This document shows positions 35,856 through 48,937 of a stretch of DNA of 64,000 nucleotides, piece after piece. Each line of letters starts with the position of its first letter. Within the stretch, counting starts at the first letter, position 1. Location of the stretch: contig JALGPX010000041.1 of NCBI GenBank assembly GCA_023515795.1, positions 1-64,000 of the forward strand, read 5' to 3'. The stretch comes from Amoeboaphelidium occidentale (lineage: Eukaryota). A program made the position numbers and the translations under genes. The notes below the pieces were generated by a model. The model made no database searches. It was not told the DNA's origin and saw nothing but the letters and a program-made list of their open reading frames with translations.

Positions 35856-38800
35856 TCACATCTGGCGTGATGCTGAAGATATTCTGTTTAAGTAACTGAG
35901 ACTTTCGATAATGTTTGAATCGTGCTTTTGCAGCGTCTTCTCCACTTGTGCGTATGTGAAACCTGATTTTCCTTCAGCAGCATCTTTTCCTTCGATAATA
36001 TTTGAATCCATTCTTTCCATGACCCACCGAACAACAGCATCCCAAGAAATATCTCGTTTTCTTTTNNNNNNNNNNNNNNNNNNNNGTGCTTTTGCAGCGT
36101 CTTCTCCACTTGTGCGTATGTGAAACCTGATTTTCCTTCAGCAGCATCTTTTGCTTCGATAATATTTGAATCCATTCTTTCCATGACCCACCGAACAACA
36201 GCATCCCAAGAAATATCTCGTTTTCTTTTCTCCCATGAAGCTTCCACTTGCTGTTTTATGTTATCGTACTCATCATTTTTTACCTTCTTAACGGAAACTT
36301 TGAAAAGCGCTCCAATTGGTCTATGATCTGAAAGATTGCATTCGAATCTTCTGTATTGAAGAAGCTGAATGCGAGGCTTAGAAACTGGAGAGAATCCTGA
36401 TGCAAAAGGATTTTCAATATTTTTAGCTTCAGCATTTGGTTCGCCGTCTTCCTTCGGATCCAGCAATGAAGGCATGAACACAGGACTATTAATTGGAAAA
36501 ACTACCTGATATGGAACCCGATAAGCAGCGTCCAGATAGGAGGCTTGACAATGCAGAAAAGTATCTCGAAACAGAATTCTGTCGCAGTATGCAGGAACTC
36601 TTTTCTTCTCGCTCGTGTCGTAGTTGTCAGTTCTTCGATCATATTTGTAAGTAGGCGCAAATCTTAACGGTGCTTCTTCAAACATCCTTAAAAGACAAGT
36701 GGAGCCATATTGTTGTCTTTGCTTTATAAGCTGGTCACAAGCCCAAAGAGCGCCCCAATTCTTCTCTTTGATAAGTTTCAAGCACTTTTCTCGTTCCAAG
36801 TCAATCCTGTAATTTAAATCTCCCGAGAAAAATACATTCTCGTGATCTAAAATGTGACTTCCATCTCCGCCTCTCATAAATGCTAATCTTGTTTTCGCGT
36901 CATCTGAGACCGGAGGAAGACCAGATGTTCTCAAGATTGTAAACGCATCTAAATTTCTTTTCCCCACCTTTTCTTGGTGCGCCGGCAAATGTGAAGTTAT
37001 GAAACAGAATGATGTGTTATCCAAAATAAATCGTGTAATAATGGCACCCTTGTTCCCATAAGTTCCACCCATACCCGTTGAAACGTGAAACGAATCGATG
37101 TTGGAAATCCTGTTCGATCGAAGAAAATCCTCACGAACTAAAATAGCAATAAGTAGTCCAACCATATTTCTAGCTTCTATAAGGACGAAAGGCTGCTTGT
37201 AATTGTCTTTCATAGATTTAACCAGTCTATCTTTCCAAGCTTTAGTCTTACTTTGATAATCTGCCTCATTTTGCTGCTGTGAGTTTTGACTGCTAGAAAG
37301 AATCTTCAAAAATCCTTTCGCGGCATTCTTGTTCGACTCCAAATTTACAATTTCTTGTAAGCCGAAGACTAAAATGTCTGGTACCTCCCTTTGAGAAGAA
37401 TCTAGTTCGACCAACTTACTAGATTTACCGACAGACTGGTCAAAGGTGACCCATTTATCCAGAAAGTATTGATCTTCTGGCCTTCCGCCTTCTGAAACAC
37501 TCAATTGTTCAGGCTTTGTGGAGTCCACATTCCAAGATCCAACAAGAAGGGTCACTTGGCTGTTTGAAGTATAAGTAGTATCTCGCCTGCGAAGTTCCAT
37601 ATCTCGAAAGTCTCGTGGAAACAAAGAATCAAATATTCTAACTTTGCCTTGTTTTGAAGCGGACACCACCACAAGCTGACCAGAATTTAGAACAGATTCT
37701 GGATCTAATGTTAGTGTCTCAACAGAATCGTCAACTTCGGCCTGCCAGGATTTGATAACGACGGGTGGTTCAACGTTCGACGAATCTATACCATACGGAA
37801 TATCAAGAACAGATATTCTCCCAGTCCCTATTGCTACCCATAACCATCTGTCACTCAAACCTAATAAAGAAGATATCCTGTAGGAACCTGTGTCTATCAC
37901 GCGAGTATTGGTGAAAGTGGAAGCATCCCATTCTAATATTTTGCCGTCCATATGGCCTGAGTACACAAAGCTTCGAGATTCGTTAACCACTGTATGATTA
38001 ACCGGTGTTATCGATGGAATGCAACTTTTTGAAGATATTGAGGCTAACGCCGTAATTGCACCGAAAGTCTGAGGTACTTCAATGTGTTTCTTGAAGAATG
38101 AATCTTCATCACATGGATCAACGACTTCAATAGTTTTATCCCTACTGGTCCAAAGCGTCCCATTCAAATAGCAAACGTACAGTTGCTTAGATGCCATACG
38201 AATAGTCTTTGGTTTATCTTCTATGGATGCAATACCTTGCATTCTTTCACTGTTCAAATCAGTTTTAGAGTTGCTGAACTGCTGGCCCGCTGAGAATAAA
38301 GAGTTCTCACTGGTACGATCTCCATAAAACGAACTCCATAATTGCAGCACTCCATTATCATCAATAGTCCACATTTGCCTCCGATGTCGAATTATAGCAG
38401 TAATCGTGTATGAATGAACAGATACACGACGATGTAATATTTCCAACGTGGCACCGTGAACACACCATAACTCGCCATCTGAAAATCCAACCCATGCGTA
38501 AACACCATCATTAGATCGTAAAGTGCTCACTAAAAATGCTACAGCTGTGACTTTTACATCATTCTGTCGGACTTGTGTTGCAAGTAAATCCCCAGTTTGT
38601 AAGTCGTATGCTCTTAAAGCATTTTGTGTACCAATTAAGCAAACATTCCTCGAAACAGCCATGCATTGCACACCACTTTTGAGAGTCTGAGTAATTTCCG
38701 TATTGAACGGCGGTTTCGGGAATTGATTAGATGACATTCGAACAGGATAAGGATACGGAACAGATCGATTTGATGATGATGTCTCCAGAAATATGAAGGG

Positions 38801-39487
38801 CGATTTATCAGTTATCAGTGACCTGTGTGACGATGTCCTCAATGTGACCGATGAAGTTCCAGCAGATAGTAATTGAATAGAACTTGAGACATTAGATAAC
38901 GAAACTGAGCTAGCAGGCGTCGACGGAGAATTCTGTGTGATATTCAGTTGTGATCTTTCAGGCAACGCAGGTGCTTTCCTGACTGGTGATGAAGTTGCAA
39001 TCGGGGAAGTTGTTGCAATAGGCGGAGATAGTAAAGGCCTTGGTGGAAGTTCAGGCTTCTTAACAACGATAGCAGCCTTATGAGTAGATATATCAATAGC
39101 TCCGGGTGGCTTTGATACTGGTGCAACTACGATCGAAGGAATTTCATCGAGGAAAGGATTCTCTGGCTCTGCGGTGAATGATTTAATCAAGCTCGACGTA
39201 CTTCCCTCTCTTCGTCTGTTGATATTGTTGAGATATTCTTCACTCCGCCTTGAGTCTGGTGTAGATCTTCGACTACTGTTGTTCGATCCATAGCGGAGAC
39301 TTTTGCTGCTCTGGCTGTTACTCCTGCTGATGGATGCTGATGATACATTTGAATTATCCTGGCTTTCAATCTCCAACTTTTTAAAGTGCAATTTGGCCCT
39401 CTCAAATGCAGTCATTCCAGCCTCGCTATCATCATCCTTGTTGTTGTTGCTGTTGAAGGATCCTTGCTGCTGTTGCTCCGACGACAT
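35856..39487 (-). CDS. inositol polyphosphate 5-phosphatase with N-terminal WD40-like propeller
   Basis: GSWNV, FGLQEIV, GNKGAI, FSGDLNYRI, FAPTYKYD, PAYCDRIL, SDHRPI; true stop probably 35856 once the N-gap duplicate is removed. Confidence 0.9.
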
Positions 39488-39536
39488 GACTTTCGATTCC
39501 TGTCGAGGATTAAAAAAATTCTATTGCGATTTGGTT

Positions 39537-42500
39537 TCAAACAACTACTACAGCAGCAGCATTGCCATTGTTCTCCTTCTGCTCATTAATTAAAGCTTCC
39601 TGTTCCTGTTTCTCAAACAAATACTCTGCCATCTGATCACCAGAACTTATCAACAGATTCTTCTTGGAAGTCCGAACAACATCGCCAGAAACACTAATGA
39701 TACCGTAAGCTTGATTCTTTACGGATTCTCTCAAAGAAAAATCTTCCAGCTTGAATGAAACTAATGCATTGCCTCCCATCGCTGTGACATGCGCTTTCAG
39801 TACTGCATCAATAGTTGTCTTGAACATATTTATGAATCGACCATAATCATCGTCCTCTGAGTATTCTACAAAATGCGAGCCCAGCTGATGATGCATACTC
39901 AGATCTTCCTTGATAAAATGTAAAGAAATTCTTCCTAGATTATCCACAATCTCAGTTGCAGTGCATGGCAGATATGAATTTGGTGTAATAACAATAGGAG
40001 AAGGATTATGCAAGATAGTCCCAGAAGCAGACAACCCTTTGTCTTTCACGCCAGTAACTTCTTCTTCTTTAAACTGTCCCAGTACTGCTGCTGTGAGTGT
40101 TATCGTTATCAAATCTTCTTTTTGCATTTCAATTCTTACTCGAATAGAATGTACCAAGCAACGCAAATAATGCCCACTGCTATTTTTTGATGAATACAGC
40201 AAATGTCCCTTCAATTCCTCATACAATTCCTTAAATACCAATGCCAATTCTCTGTTTGGATGCCGAACATTTGGATTTAATTCTGCTTGTTTCACGAGAA
40301 CAACAGTTTCTGTACAGAACTGTGCATGATTTCCATTATACGTTCCTAGTTGAATCTGCAGAAAATCATCTCCATACTTGGAATCTTTACGGCTATGATA
40401 ATGCTGTGGCAAATACTCTGTAGTACACAACTGAAATCGATTGAAATCCTGTTTTGCTTCTTCACTATCATTCTGATAATCATCATCGTCAACATATACT
40501 GCCATTAAATCTTCATCAAAATCTTCATCGTTGTTGTTGTTGTTTGTGGTATGATAATCATCGTCAATATGCACAACGATCGAAGTTGTATTCGCAGCCA
40601 TCCTGAAATTAGAAATATTATTCATTTCAGAATCTGCTCCAGATTCTTCGTTACTAATAACAGCTTCCTGTTCTTCTTTACTACTCTTCAGCTTTGCCAT
40701 TTCCTTGTATTTTATATCATGCTCTCTTGCCAAAGATTCTAATCTATCAATTCTATCAGAGCATTTCTGTGCCAGCGGTTCCATTCTATTCTTTCCCCCA
40801 AATCCCGTTCTAAAAGTGTTTGTATTGCTGGACGAAAAGATTTTTCTTGGCAGGGTCAATTCATACAGACAACATCCTGTGCCGTATGCATATGCCAGTA
40901 CTAGACAATCCTTTCCAGAACCTGAAGAATCAATATTCTCTGCTGCTGCTACAATCTTGTACTCAACTCTATACCCAAACAATGCATTATATCCTTTCAG
41001 CCTCATCTGGAACAATAGCTGCCTATAAAGCTCATAATCTATAAAAGGCAACATGTCTGATAATTGCTGAGCAGTTGAATATTCTTGATTACTACTGTTA
41101 TTATTAGCAGTGTTGCTACTAGTATGATAATTAGCACCAGAACTGGAAGCAGTAGTGTTGTTAGTACCAGCATTAACAGCACTAGCGCCACCAACTCCTC
41201 CTACACCACCGTTACCACTCATTAAGCTTGCATTGTGGTGATGGTGATGATAATGATGTCCACCATAATAATTATTACTACTTCTCAGCAAATACTTTCT
41301 AGTCTTGTAACAATAAGCCTGCACCAGAGAACTTTCTAAACCACTGCTCTGACTACTCAATACAGTCATTCCATTCGCAATCGCATCATTGCTTGGAAAC
41401 TCCGTACTCACAATCAAAACTTCCGGAACCGAATTCGATGAAGATTCTGTATTCTGCGTCTTAAAATGACTACACTTCCTGCATTTAGTATTAAACTGCA
41501 TAGGAAAAGGTGTATTGTTATTAAAAGAATAAGATGAAGAAGCATTAGAGGTAGCATAAGGAACATGCAACACACAATCACAACCATTATCATTACTACT
41601 ACTACTACTACTACTACCACTCTTCAAACTCGATGCAATCTTGACTGCCGTGCCTTGTACACACAGCAACATTAAATCATCATCTATACTCACTGTTTCT
41701 GTATAACCTAGAACACAATTACAATTCAATACTCTACAATGCTGTCTCAATTCATCCCTCAGTTCATCCAACCATTGTTCCAAAACAGAATCAGAAGTAT
41801 TAGCAGCAGCAGCAGCCGCCGCAACCGCTGCAGCAATCGGAGCAGGATTATTAGTAGTTGTGGCATTTGCGTCATCATCTCCTACTCCAGCACCAGCAGC
41901 AGTCGATACAATATTAGCAGTCTGTTTCTGCAATTGCATCTGTAACTGCTGCTGTTCCTGTACCAGTTTAACACTCTTTGCAGCAATTAAACCACCATAA
42001 TGAGAAACTGAGTGGTGCGAAGAAGTAGAAAGCAGTGGAATAAAATCAGCAGCAGAATTACTATTTCCAGAAGTACCAACAGCAGCAGCAGAAGATGAGT
42101 TAAAGCATGTACCTCTCAATCTCCCTGTAATCATTCCTTGCTTCTTATCAAAATCATATGATTGTTCAATACCATAAACTGAATCACATCCTTTTGCTAA
42201 ACATTCTATAGAGAGAATCTGTTGTAATTCCGATGATATTTGATACAACAATAATTGTCTTTGATAATTAGAAAGTTTAGGAGATCTGAAACTATCCTTC
42301 CAATTATATTCTGGATCATCAACTTCCACGAGCGCTTCAATCAGACTTGTATTTGAATTTATACCATTTACGGAAGGAGTACTTAAAGAATTATACAATC
42401 TCACCAGAGGGATGTCTTCACTGAAATATTCTACTCTTAATTGTACTAATAATTCTCCTCTCAGAATATCCGTAGTTAGTGAATCATACCAAACCAAATA

Positions 42501-42947
42501 ACCACAAAACTCACCAAAATACTTTCCTGCTGCGCCACCACCAATCACAGAATTACTACTGCTACTGCTACTGCTACTTCCACTTAAAATCTGTAGTAAA
42601 TCTAAGAGAATAAATCCTCTGAATTCACCCGTTGTTGACGTCACAGTTGTACATTCATATAATTTCATCTCCATCAACATTCCACCCAATCCATCCTGAA
42701 TAAATTCATACTTAAAATCTTCCTGGTATTGTGGCTGTACTCCTCTTTTTGTTTGTGTTTTGTTTACAGTGTCATTTAATTTAACTTCAATAAAGGATGC
42801 AACACTGGAAGTATAATTATTAATGACTGCAATAGTATTCTGTTGATTAGTTGTAGTTGTAGTTGTAGTAACTGCGTCTGTGTTTGTGTTGGAATCTATA
42901 AATAGATTTCTTCCTTCGATTATTTTTAGTTTTATAATGTATGGCAT
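39537..42947 (-). CDS. C2CD5: C2 domain-containing protein 5 (C2CD5/CDP138) homolog, rich in homopolymer insertions
   Basis: N-terminal C2 (KLKIIEGRNL), IEALVEVDDPEYNWKDSFRSP..SN.QRQ, WLDELRDE, GYTE, VPEV, LPFIDYELYRQL, HVTAMGGNAL..QAYGIISVSGD. Confidence 0.85.
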   Translation of the reverse strand: MPYIIKLKIIEGRNLFIDSNTNTDAVTTTTTTTNQQNTIAVINNYTSSVASFIEVKLNDTVNKTQTKRGVQPQYQEDFKYEFIQDGLGGMLMEMKLYECTTVTSTTGEFRGFILLDLLQILSGSSSSSSSSNSVIGGGAAGKYFGEFCGYLVWYDSLTTDILRGELLVQLRVEYFSEDIPLVRLYNSLSTPSVNGINSNTSLIEALVEVDDPEYNWKDSFRSPKLSNYQRQLLLYQISSELQQILSIECLAKGCDSVYGIEQSYDFDKKQGMITGRLRGTCFNSSSAAAVGTSGNSNSAADFIPLLSTSSHHSVSHYGGLIAAKSVKLVQEQQQLQMQLQKQTANIVSTAAGAGVGDDDANATTTNNPAPIAAAVAAAAAAANTSDSVLEQWLDELRDELRQHCRVLNCNCVLGYTETVSIDDDLMLLCVQGTAVKIASSLKSGSSSSSSSNDNGCDCVLHVPYATSNASSSYSFNNNTPFPMQFNTKCRKCSHFKTQNTESSSNSVPEVLIVSTEFPSNDAIANGMTVLSSQSSGLESSLVQAYCYKTRKYLLRSSNNYYGGHHYHHHHHNASLMSGNGGVGGVGGASAVNAGTNNTTASSSGANYHTSSNTANNNSSNQEYSTAQQLSDMLPFIDYELYRQLLFQMRLKGYNALFGYRVEYKIVAAAENIDSSGSGKDCLVLAYAYGTGCCLYELTLPRKIFSSSNTNTFRTGFGGKNRMEPLAQKCSDRIDRLESLAREHDIKYKEMAKLKSSKEEQEAVISNEESGADSEMNNISNFRMAANTTSIVVHIDDDYHTTNNNNNDEDFDEDLMAVYVDDDDYQNDSEEAKQDFNRFQLCTTEYLPQHYHSRKDSKYGDDFLQIQLGTYNGNHAQFCTETVVLVKQAELNPNVRHPNRELALVFKELYEELKGHLLYSSKNSSGHYLRCLVHSIRVRIEMQKEDLITITLTAAVLGQFKEEEVTGVKDKGLSASGTILHNPSPIVITPNSYLPCTATEIVDNLGRISLHFIKEDLSMHHQLGSHFVEYSEDDDYGRFINMFKTTIDAVLKAHVTAMGGNALVSFKLEDFSLRESVKNQAYGIISVSGDVVRTSKKNLLISSGDQMAEYLFEKQEQEALINEQKENNGNAAAVVVV

Positions 42948-43049
42948 TGCTTCTCTTTTGTAAAAATTGTTGTTGGATCGCTTTGAGAAAATTGTTCTTG
43001 TTCACGAATCATGATTGAGTGAAACAGGAAACGGAGAGTCTATTAACTA

Positions 43050-46000
43050 TGAAGCAAGTAAAGAAAACCCACAATAAATGGCTGATAATCAGCAGTAAGC
43101 GTAACAAGAGAGACAGCTGTAAATTAAAATAAAGCCAAAAGAAACAAAACCACGATGTTTGATTCTGGGGGGAAAGAAAAAGAAAAACCACAATACTCTT
43201 GTATAGTTCCACCTATAAATCCAATAGAACCAGAACCACAATGAGCAACATAAGTTTTTTTTACAAAACCCACTTAATAATTAAATTTTTGTTCCACGTT
43301 GTAGACTTGAGAAGGTTTTCTATAAAGCCAAAAGAACCAAAACCACAATAAATGGATAAGAAGATATAGAAAAAGGAAACCAAATGTTTGTCCCCCGAGT
43401 TATACCACATGGTAGATGGCATAACTACATGTTTCCACATCCAAAAGAAACAAACCATAATGACAGGTTTTTCATTCTAAAACCCCCCGCATTCAGCAAC
43501 AGCACTTGATTTACAGAGCCCTGATAATCAAACCACGTAAAATCAAACTTTAACAATATCCAAGACGTATTGAGCAAGAAGGGTTTGAAGGAAAACCACC
43601 TTTCTCTTTCAATAATTTTAACAATTATCAATTCATCGCTAGAGAAATGCCATAATTAAGGTGATCATATTCACAACAACAACCACCACCATGTATCTAA
43701 GAGTCAATGAACCGACCATGAACAAAATAATAAATAAACCACAAGCAGAATCCATTTCTTTGGGTAAAAGAGCCACACAGAAAAACGACGTGGGAGGAAC
43801 GAGAATCATCATACCAAATAATCTTGGAACAACAAGACACAAAAGGCTTTTGAAAGAAACAACAAAGCACAACCATGAACACGTAAAAGATTTAAATCCA
43901 CACACGAAAAGTTCACATTGACTCTCGTGTAATCGAAAACCACAATTCTATAGGCTCAATCATCAATCTAGAGATCAAGACGTTTTCAGCGCAGAAACAT
44001 GAACAGATTAAAACAAAAGACGAAACCATAACGGAACAAGAACACCACATAAAGCACTATCCTTGTTGGCCACAATGCTTCCTTTAAGATTTTAAAACAC
44101 AAAACCAAAAAGCCACCTTTGTAAAAGAACAATCAAACCACCATGTCGGAGGGACTTCATTGTTTTTTAACCAACACACGAAACAACCACATTTTTCTTG
44201 ATTTAGTAATGAAACAAAACCATAAACATATCAATAATAAAAACCCACAATGTAAATTGGGTTATACCAAACTTTTTAAAGAACCAAAAGAGAAATACCA
44301 CATTTCAAAACCACAAACGCGGAACCACCACCGTCTGGTGGGCCTGAACGCCACAAGCACATCCGCATAGGAAGGAAGGAAAAAACCCACATTGGTTTCA
44401 ATGATATAATACCCACGCTCAAAAACGAAGAACACCACATATCATTGTTAAACCAACCAACCACGATTCATCCGCATACCCATCAAAACAATTACAAATA
44501 AACGAATAATAAAAACGACAATAATCCTGAAGAACAATTAAAAACCATACTATCCACAACAGGAAAACTAAAAGCAAATCTATACTCTAAATCATCTGAT
44601 AGTATAAAAATTCTCGGTGTGCCACAATTCTCTCGTTCAGACTGCGCCACCCCTTGAAACAACTTGAACTTCGAACAGAAAGAGTCTGATTGTTGCATAC
44701 AGAAGATGTTACTCAAAAAAGATTCCGCTGTAATGATGTCTGTCTCAGATATCGAAGGAGGCACTGTGTAGACGAAACAGAAACAAGAATTTATTAACAC
44801 AAGGAAGAACTACAAAAACCACGAATAATGATTATAAGTAGGCAGTTAGAAACATTATGATAAAAACAAGAATAAAGCCAAAAGAAACAGAACCACATAA
44901 CATAGTTCGTTGTATTACAAGAAAAGAAAACCTCATTCAGTTCGGTGGACCACAACCGATTTGGAAAGCCAAAAGAAAGAGAACCACATGCCACCAGGTG
45001 GTCTTACTAGAACCAGCACCACTTTCAGGCATGCCCCGATTGCAACAATAATCACGCTATCGATTAATTCTTCAACCGAAAAGAGAAAAACCACATAACT
45101 TTTGTTTTGTGCAAAGAAATCAAATCAAAAATGTTGACATTGATGCCAAGAGCAGCATCACAACCACACTTGGATTTCAACTAGGCAAAACCATTCTTTT
45201 AAGTGAAGGCAAGACTGTACACCGGAACCACCACATAGACCTGGTTTTGGTTGTCAAGCAAAATCCCATAATTAACCCTTGGAGTTCGAGGAAGCCCACA
45301 TTTTTTTTGAAGATTTTTAACTGGAAATAAAACAAAAAACCACAATATGCCTTATTTGACGCAGGCCATAAATAACCAAACAAGCACATGCTGTGTCTCA
45401 AGAGCATCAACGAGTCGATCACGAACGACACAAAGGCAACCACCATCAAAAACTCTAACTGCACATACCAAAATCGATCTCCTGCTCCCAGCAACCACGA
45501 TTTTCCATGTTCGAGTTACTTATCTGACTCGAGCTGAAACCAAAGGAACCACATGGGGTTTAAAACATTTACAGAAGTCATTACTTTAAACCATACAGGT
45601 AAACAAAGAAGAACCCCAACCACGATGTATACTTTCACTGACTGTACCAGTAGATTATACAAGAAAAAAGTGCAAGAAGCCCCAAATCAACTGGGTACAG
45701 AACTAATAAAACCACAATAATCTACATGTTGCGTAGGAGTTTGAACACAATATTGTTCGGCAATATATATATACAAAAGAAACAGAACCACATGTTTTGG
45801 ACTTCGGACAAGACGAACCCCAATTATTTCATTGTTTGATGCCTTACAAGACCCCAGTTAGATGGAGGAAAGTAGACAAAGCAGGATCACATGTACGGCT
45901 TTAAAGAGAGAGAACAACCAAATTCCCAAAACCTCATCATCATTCTGACTTACAAGAAGAAGAACCACATTTCGATCTACAGACATCATAGAATCGAAAT

Positions 46001-47480
46001 CGCCGTATCATATTGAAGATCCATTTCGACAGAAATGCCGATGAGCTCAAGCTAGTCTGAAACGCAGGACAGGACATAATAGGCAATAGAAGAAAGCAGA
46101 ACACCCACATATCAGCCAATAATCATCATGAAACCATTACTCTTTCGCGATTTAGGCAAGCGACCAAATCAATTGGATACGGATAAAGCAAACCACAATG
46201 ACACAACATGTTATTTCCATTTAATAAAACCAAAAGAGAAACAACCACATGTCGCAATTCAGCCAACCAGCCACGATGCATCCGCTGACAGTGCATTGAA
46301 TTACAAGAAAACGAATAATACAAACCACAATGGGAACTCAAAGTGAGATCCATTAAAACTAAAAGAGAAAAAACCACATGTATACATGTGACCAATGTGA
46401 AACCACCACATAGCCTTGTCGATGCTCACTCATTCAACATCAATAAACAACCAGAAAACAGCAAGGAAGAACCACGTGGATCTAAACCGATTATTTCATC
46501 TCAGAATAGACTCACAACAACCAACCACGATTTGTTGTGTTTTCTTCTTCAAGGATAAATCATTCTCTTGAAACATTGAAAGAATTAAAAAAACCCCAAA
46601 CGAAAAAACCACATTGCTGCATGATGAACTCTACCATATATGCCTATACTATTGAAGAACCAAATCATACCATTAAGATATTAAAAAACCACAATTTTGT
46701 TTTCTCTTGGCCAAACAGCAACAACCACCTTCACGTTCTGCACGTTAAGAACACAAAAATATAATAAAAGCAACAGATGAAACCACATGTTTCAAGCTTT
46801 GTTGAAGCATAAAAAGCAACAACAGAAGACGAACACCACATGTCCTTGCTTCTACCTCCGCCACAGTATTTTATAACCCAACATACCACCACCATTGTTA
46901 TAAGATCACTTAACCACAAGAATGGAATCTTTCGTGAAGCAAAATCATAGAGATACAACTGATATAAAAACCACCATGCAACTATGGTAAGATAACTTTA
47001 AAGAAGCAAAAAAGAGAAACACCACATGACATAACAGACGAGACATAGAACAACCACCATGGAGGTTGGTACTTTGCAACTCCACATTTATGAGTACAAT
47101 GGTCGAACAAAAAAACCACAATGACATGGTAGTTATGAGCAAATTTCAAAGAAACCAAAAAAGAGAAACACCACCACCACCACCACCACCATCATCATCA
47201 CCATCACCATCACCACCACGTTTGATCCAGATGAGTAAAACCCCACCATAAGTCTTGTTAAAAATAACGCAAAACCAATAAACATTAAAGCAACAATATA
47301 AAACCACATCGTTTGATATGGCGCAAGTACCACAATTATACATATTCGACCAAGAAAACCACCATACTGTTGTCTCTCAGGTTGCCAACCACCATCCCAT
47401 TGTAACAAAAAATAAATAAAACCATTAAAGACACAAATAATATAAACCACAATATTCTCTATATAAACGACTCAACCAAC
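43050..47480 (+). repeat. gene-free array of degenerate, strand-polarised A-tract+ACCAC(A/G)(A/T) motifs with unique spacers (candidate centromere or small-RNA locus)
   Basis: Dozens of AACCAC/ACCAC on the + strand and almost no GTGGT; longer unit (T)AAAGCCAAAAGARA.A.AACCACAT at 43130, 43323, 44873, 44965, 46225, 46354; no credible ORF. Confidence 0.8.
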
Positions 47481-47601
47481 CATAAATTCTATAATAAAAA
47501 CACTTCTAATTCACTAATATCATGAAAAAAAAGTTGTGGTATAGAATGTGCCACAATGCTTTCTATCATGCTGCGCCACCGCATGAAACAGCAACCAGAA
47601 C

Positions 47602-47758
47602 CTCCACTCCACTCCACTCCACTCCACTCGAGCGAGCGAGCGAGCGAGCAAGGAACAACCATACTCAGTTACATCATAATAAACCTTCCATTATTCAATC
47701 TATTCTAATTTCAAACTCCTTTTTATCTTTTTTAATTATAATAATAATAATAATAATA
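47602..47758. repeat. microsatellite cluster (CTCCA)n, (GAGC)n, (ATA)n at the right border of the island
   Basis: Directly visible tandem repeats. Confidence 0.9.
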
Positions 47759-47762
47759 GTAG

Positions 47763-48113
47763 ATGATTGAAAAGAACATTCTACAAAACACCCACCAAAA
47801 CACCCAACTGTAATTCTTTTTTAATCTTTTTTAATAACTTATAACTAACTTCTTCTTCTTCTTCTTTTTCGGTGTGTACAGGAGAACTGCTTATAGTCTG
47901 TTGATGGGAGTTGCTGCCGGTGTTTTAGGTTTAGAAGGATTACAAGGAATTCTATTCTATTTACTAGCATCAGTGTATCTATCAGCTATACTCTACTTCT
48001 TCCAGACCTCTACTACCACAAAAACTGCTATCTTCACAGACGGATTAGTTTCAGCTGCACAATCATATGTTCTATTCTGGACGCTATTTTACGGCATTGT
48101 TCACATTTATTGA
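47763..48113 (+). CDS. EMC6: ER membrane complex subunit 6 (Rab5ip family)
   Basis: GVAAGVLGLEGLQGILFY...SYVLFWTLFYGIVHIY; intron ~47810-47881; start uncertain. Confidence 0.88.
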
Positions 48114-48158
48114 TTAATAACAACAATAATAGTAACAATAGTAGTAATAAACAACTAA

Positions 48159-48748
48159 TTACTTTGAAATCAACTCAAATTTAAATGTGACTTGAGGCAT
48201 TGATCCAGTCTCTGCTAGAACTGTTACAGGACATCCCATCAATACATCCAAACACCCTCTCAAGACACCACAATGCAAAGCCATACTCTTTAGCGACGAA
48301 CCATTGTTATTATTAGTAGTACTATGTTTAAACTGATTATCCTGTACAACATACATTCCCTTATGATTAGTACGTAGATTATCAACCTGTTTATCATAAA
48401 GAAATGAGTAAACATCCTTACAAAGGAATTTCATTCTGTCCAGATTATCTACAAAGAGAAGGGATTTATCTTTAGTGAGTCTAAATAAATTAATAAATAA
48501 ATAAAAGAGAGATATCAGTCAGTCAGTCAGTATAATTAATTAATAAAATACTTTTGAATTAGTTTAGTTCCAACCCTGTAGCCAATTGCTTCCAATCTAT
48601 CAAATGATGATGAATCTCCATTGGAATAGGAATAGAATCTCATGATTTCAATCAAGAGTAATTCATACAGAGTTTTGTCAGTGTAATGTTGAGTGTAAAG
48701 GGAAGAGTTTTGATTCTTTAGAGTTGATTCAATTGAGTTTGAAATCAT
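48159..48748 (-). CDS. TRS33: TRAPP complex subunit Trs33/TRAPPC6
   Basis: LEAIGYRVG, MKFLCKD, KQVDNLRTNHKGMYVVQD, CGVLRG. Confidence 0.88.
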
Positions 48749-48937
48749 CTTATTATTATTATTATTGAAAAGAAAGAAAAAGAGTTTTAAGGGGAATTTA
48801 AAGTAAAAATAAATCTATTTATAGATTATATATTCCTTCTAAATACAACTTAAATTAATTATAAGAAATCCCATCCCTTTTGAAGAACGCCACAATTTCC
48901 ATCTACTCTACTCCAATCAGTTTCTTCTTTTAATAAA

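Noticed and set aside
35923..36230. Repeat and frameshift at the 5-phosphatase C-terminus
   Set aside because: Artefact of a duplicated gap flank; removing one copy restores a clean ORF.
43009..47450. Many short Cys/Phe/Val/Trp-rich or Lys/Asn/Thr/His-rich ORFs
   Set aside because: By-products of the skewed ACCAC/GTGGT motif composition; no consistent frame or recognisable domain.
43050..47480. CRISPR array or telomeric repeat interpretation
   Set aside because: Repeats are degenerate, non-palindromic and irregularly spaced, with no cas genes and a eukaryotic context; not a tandem telomeric unit, and the region is internal between genes.
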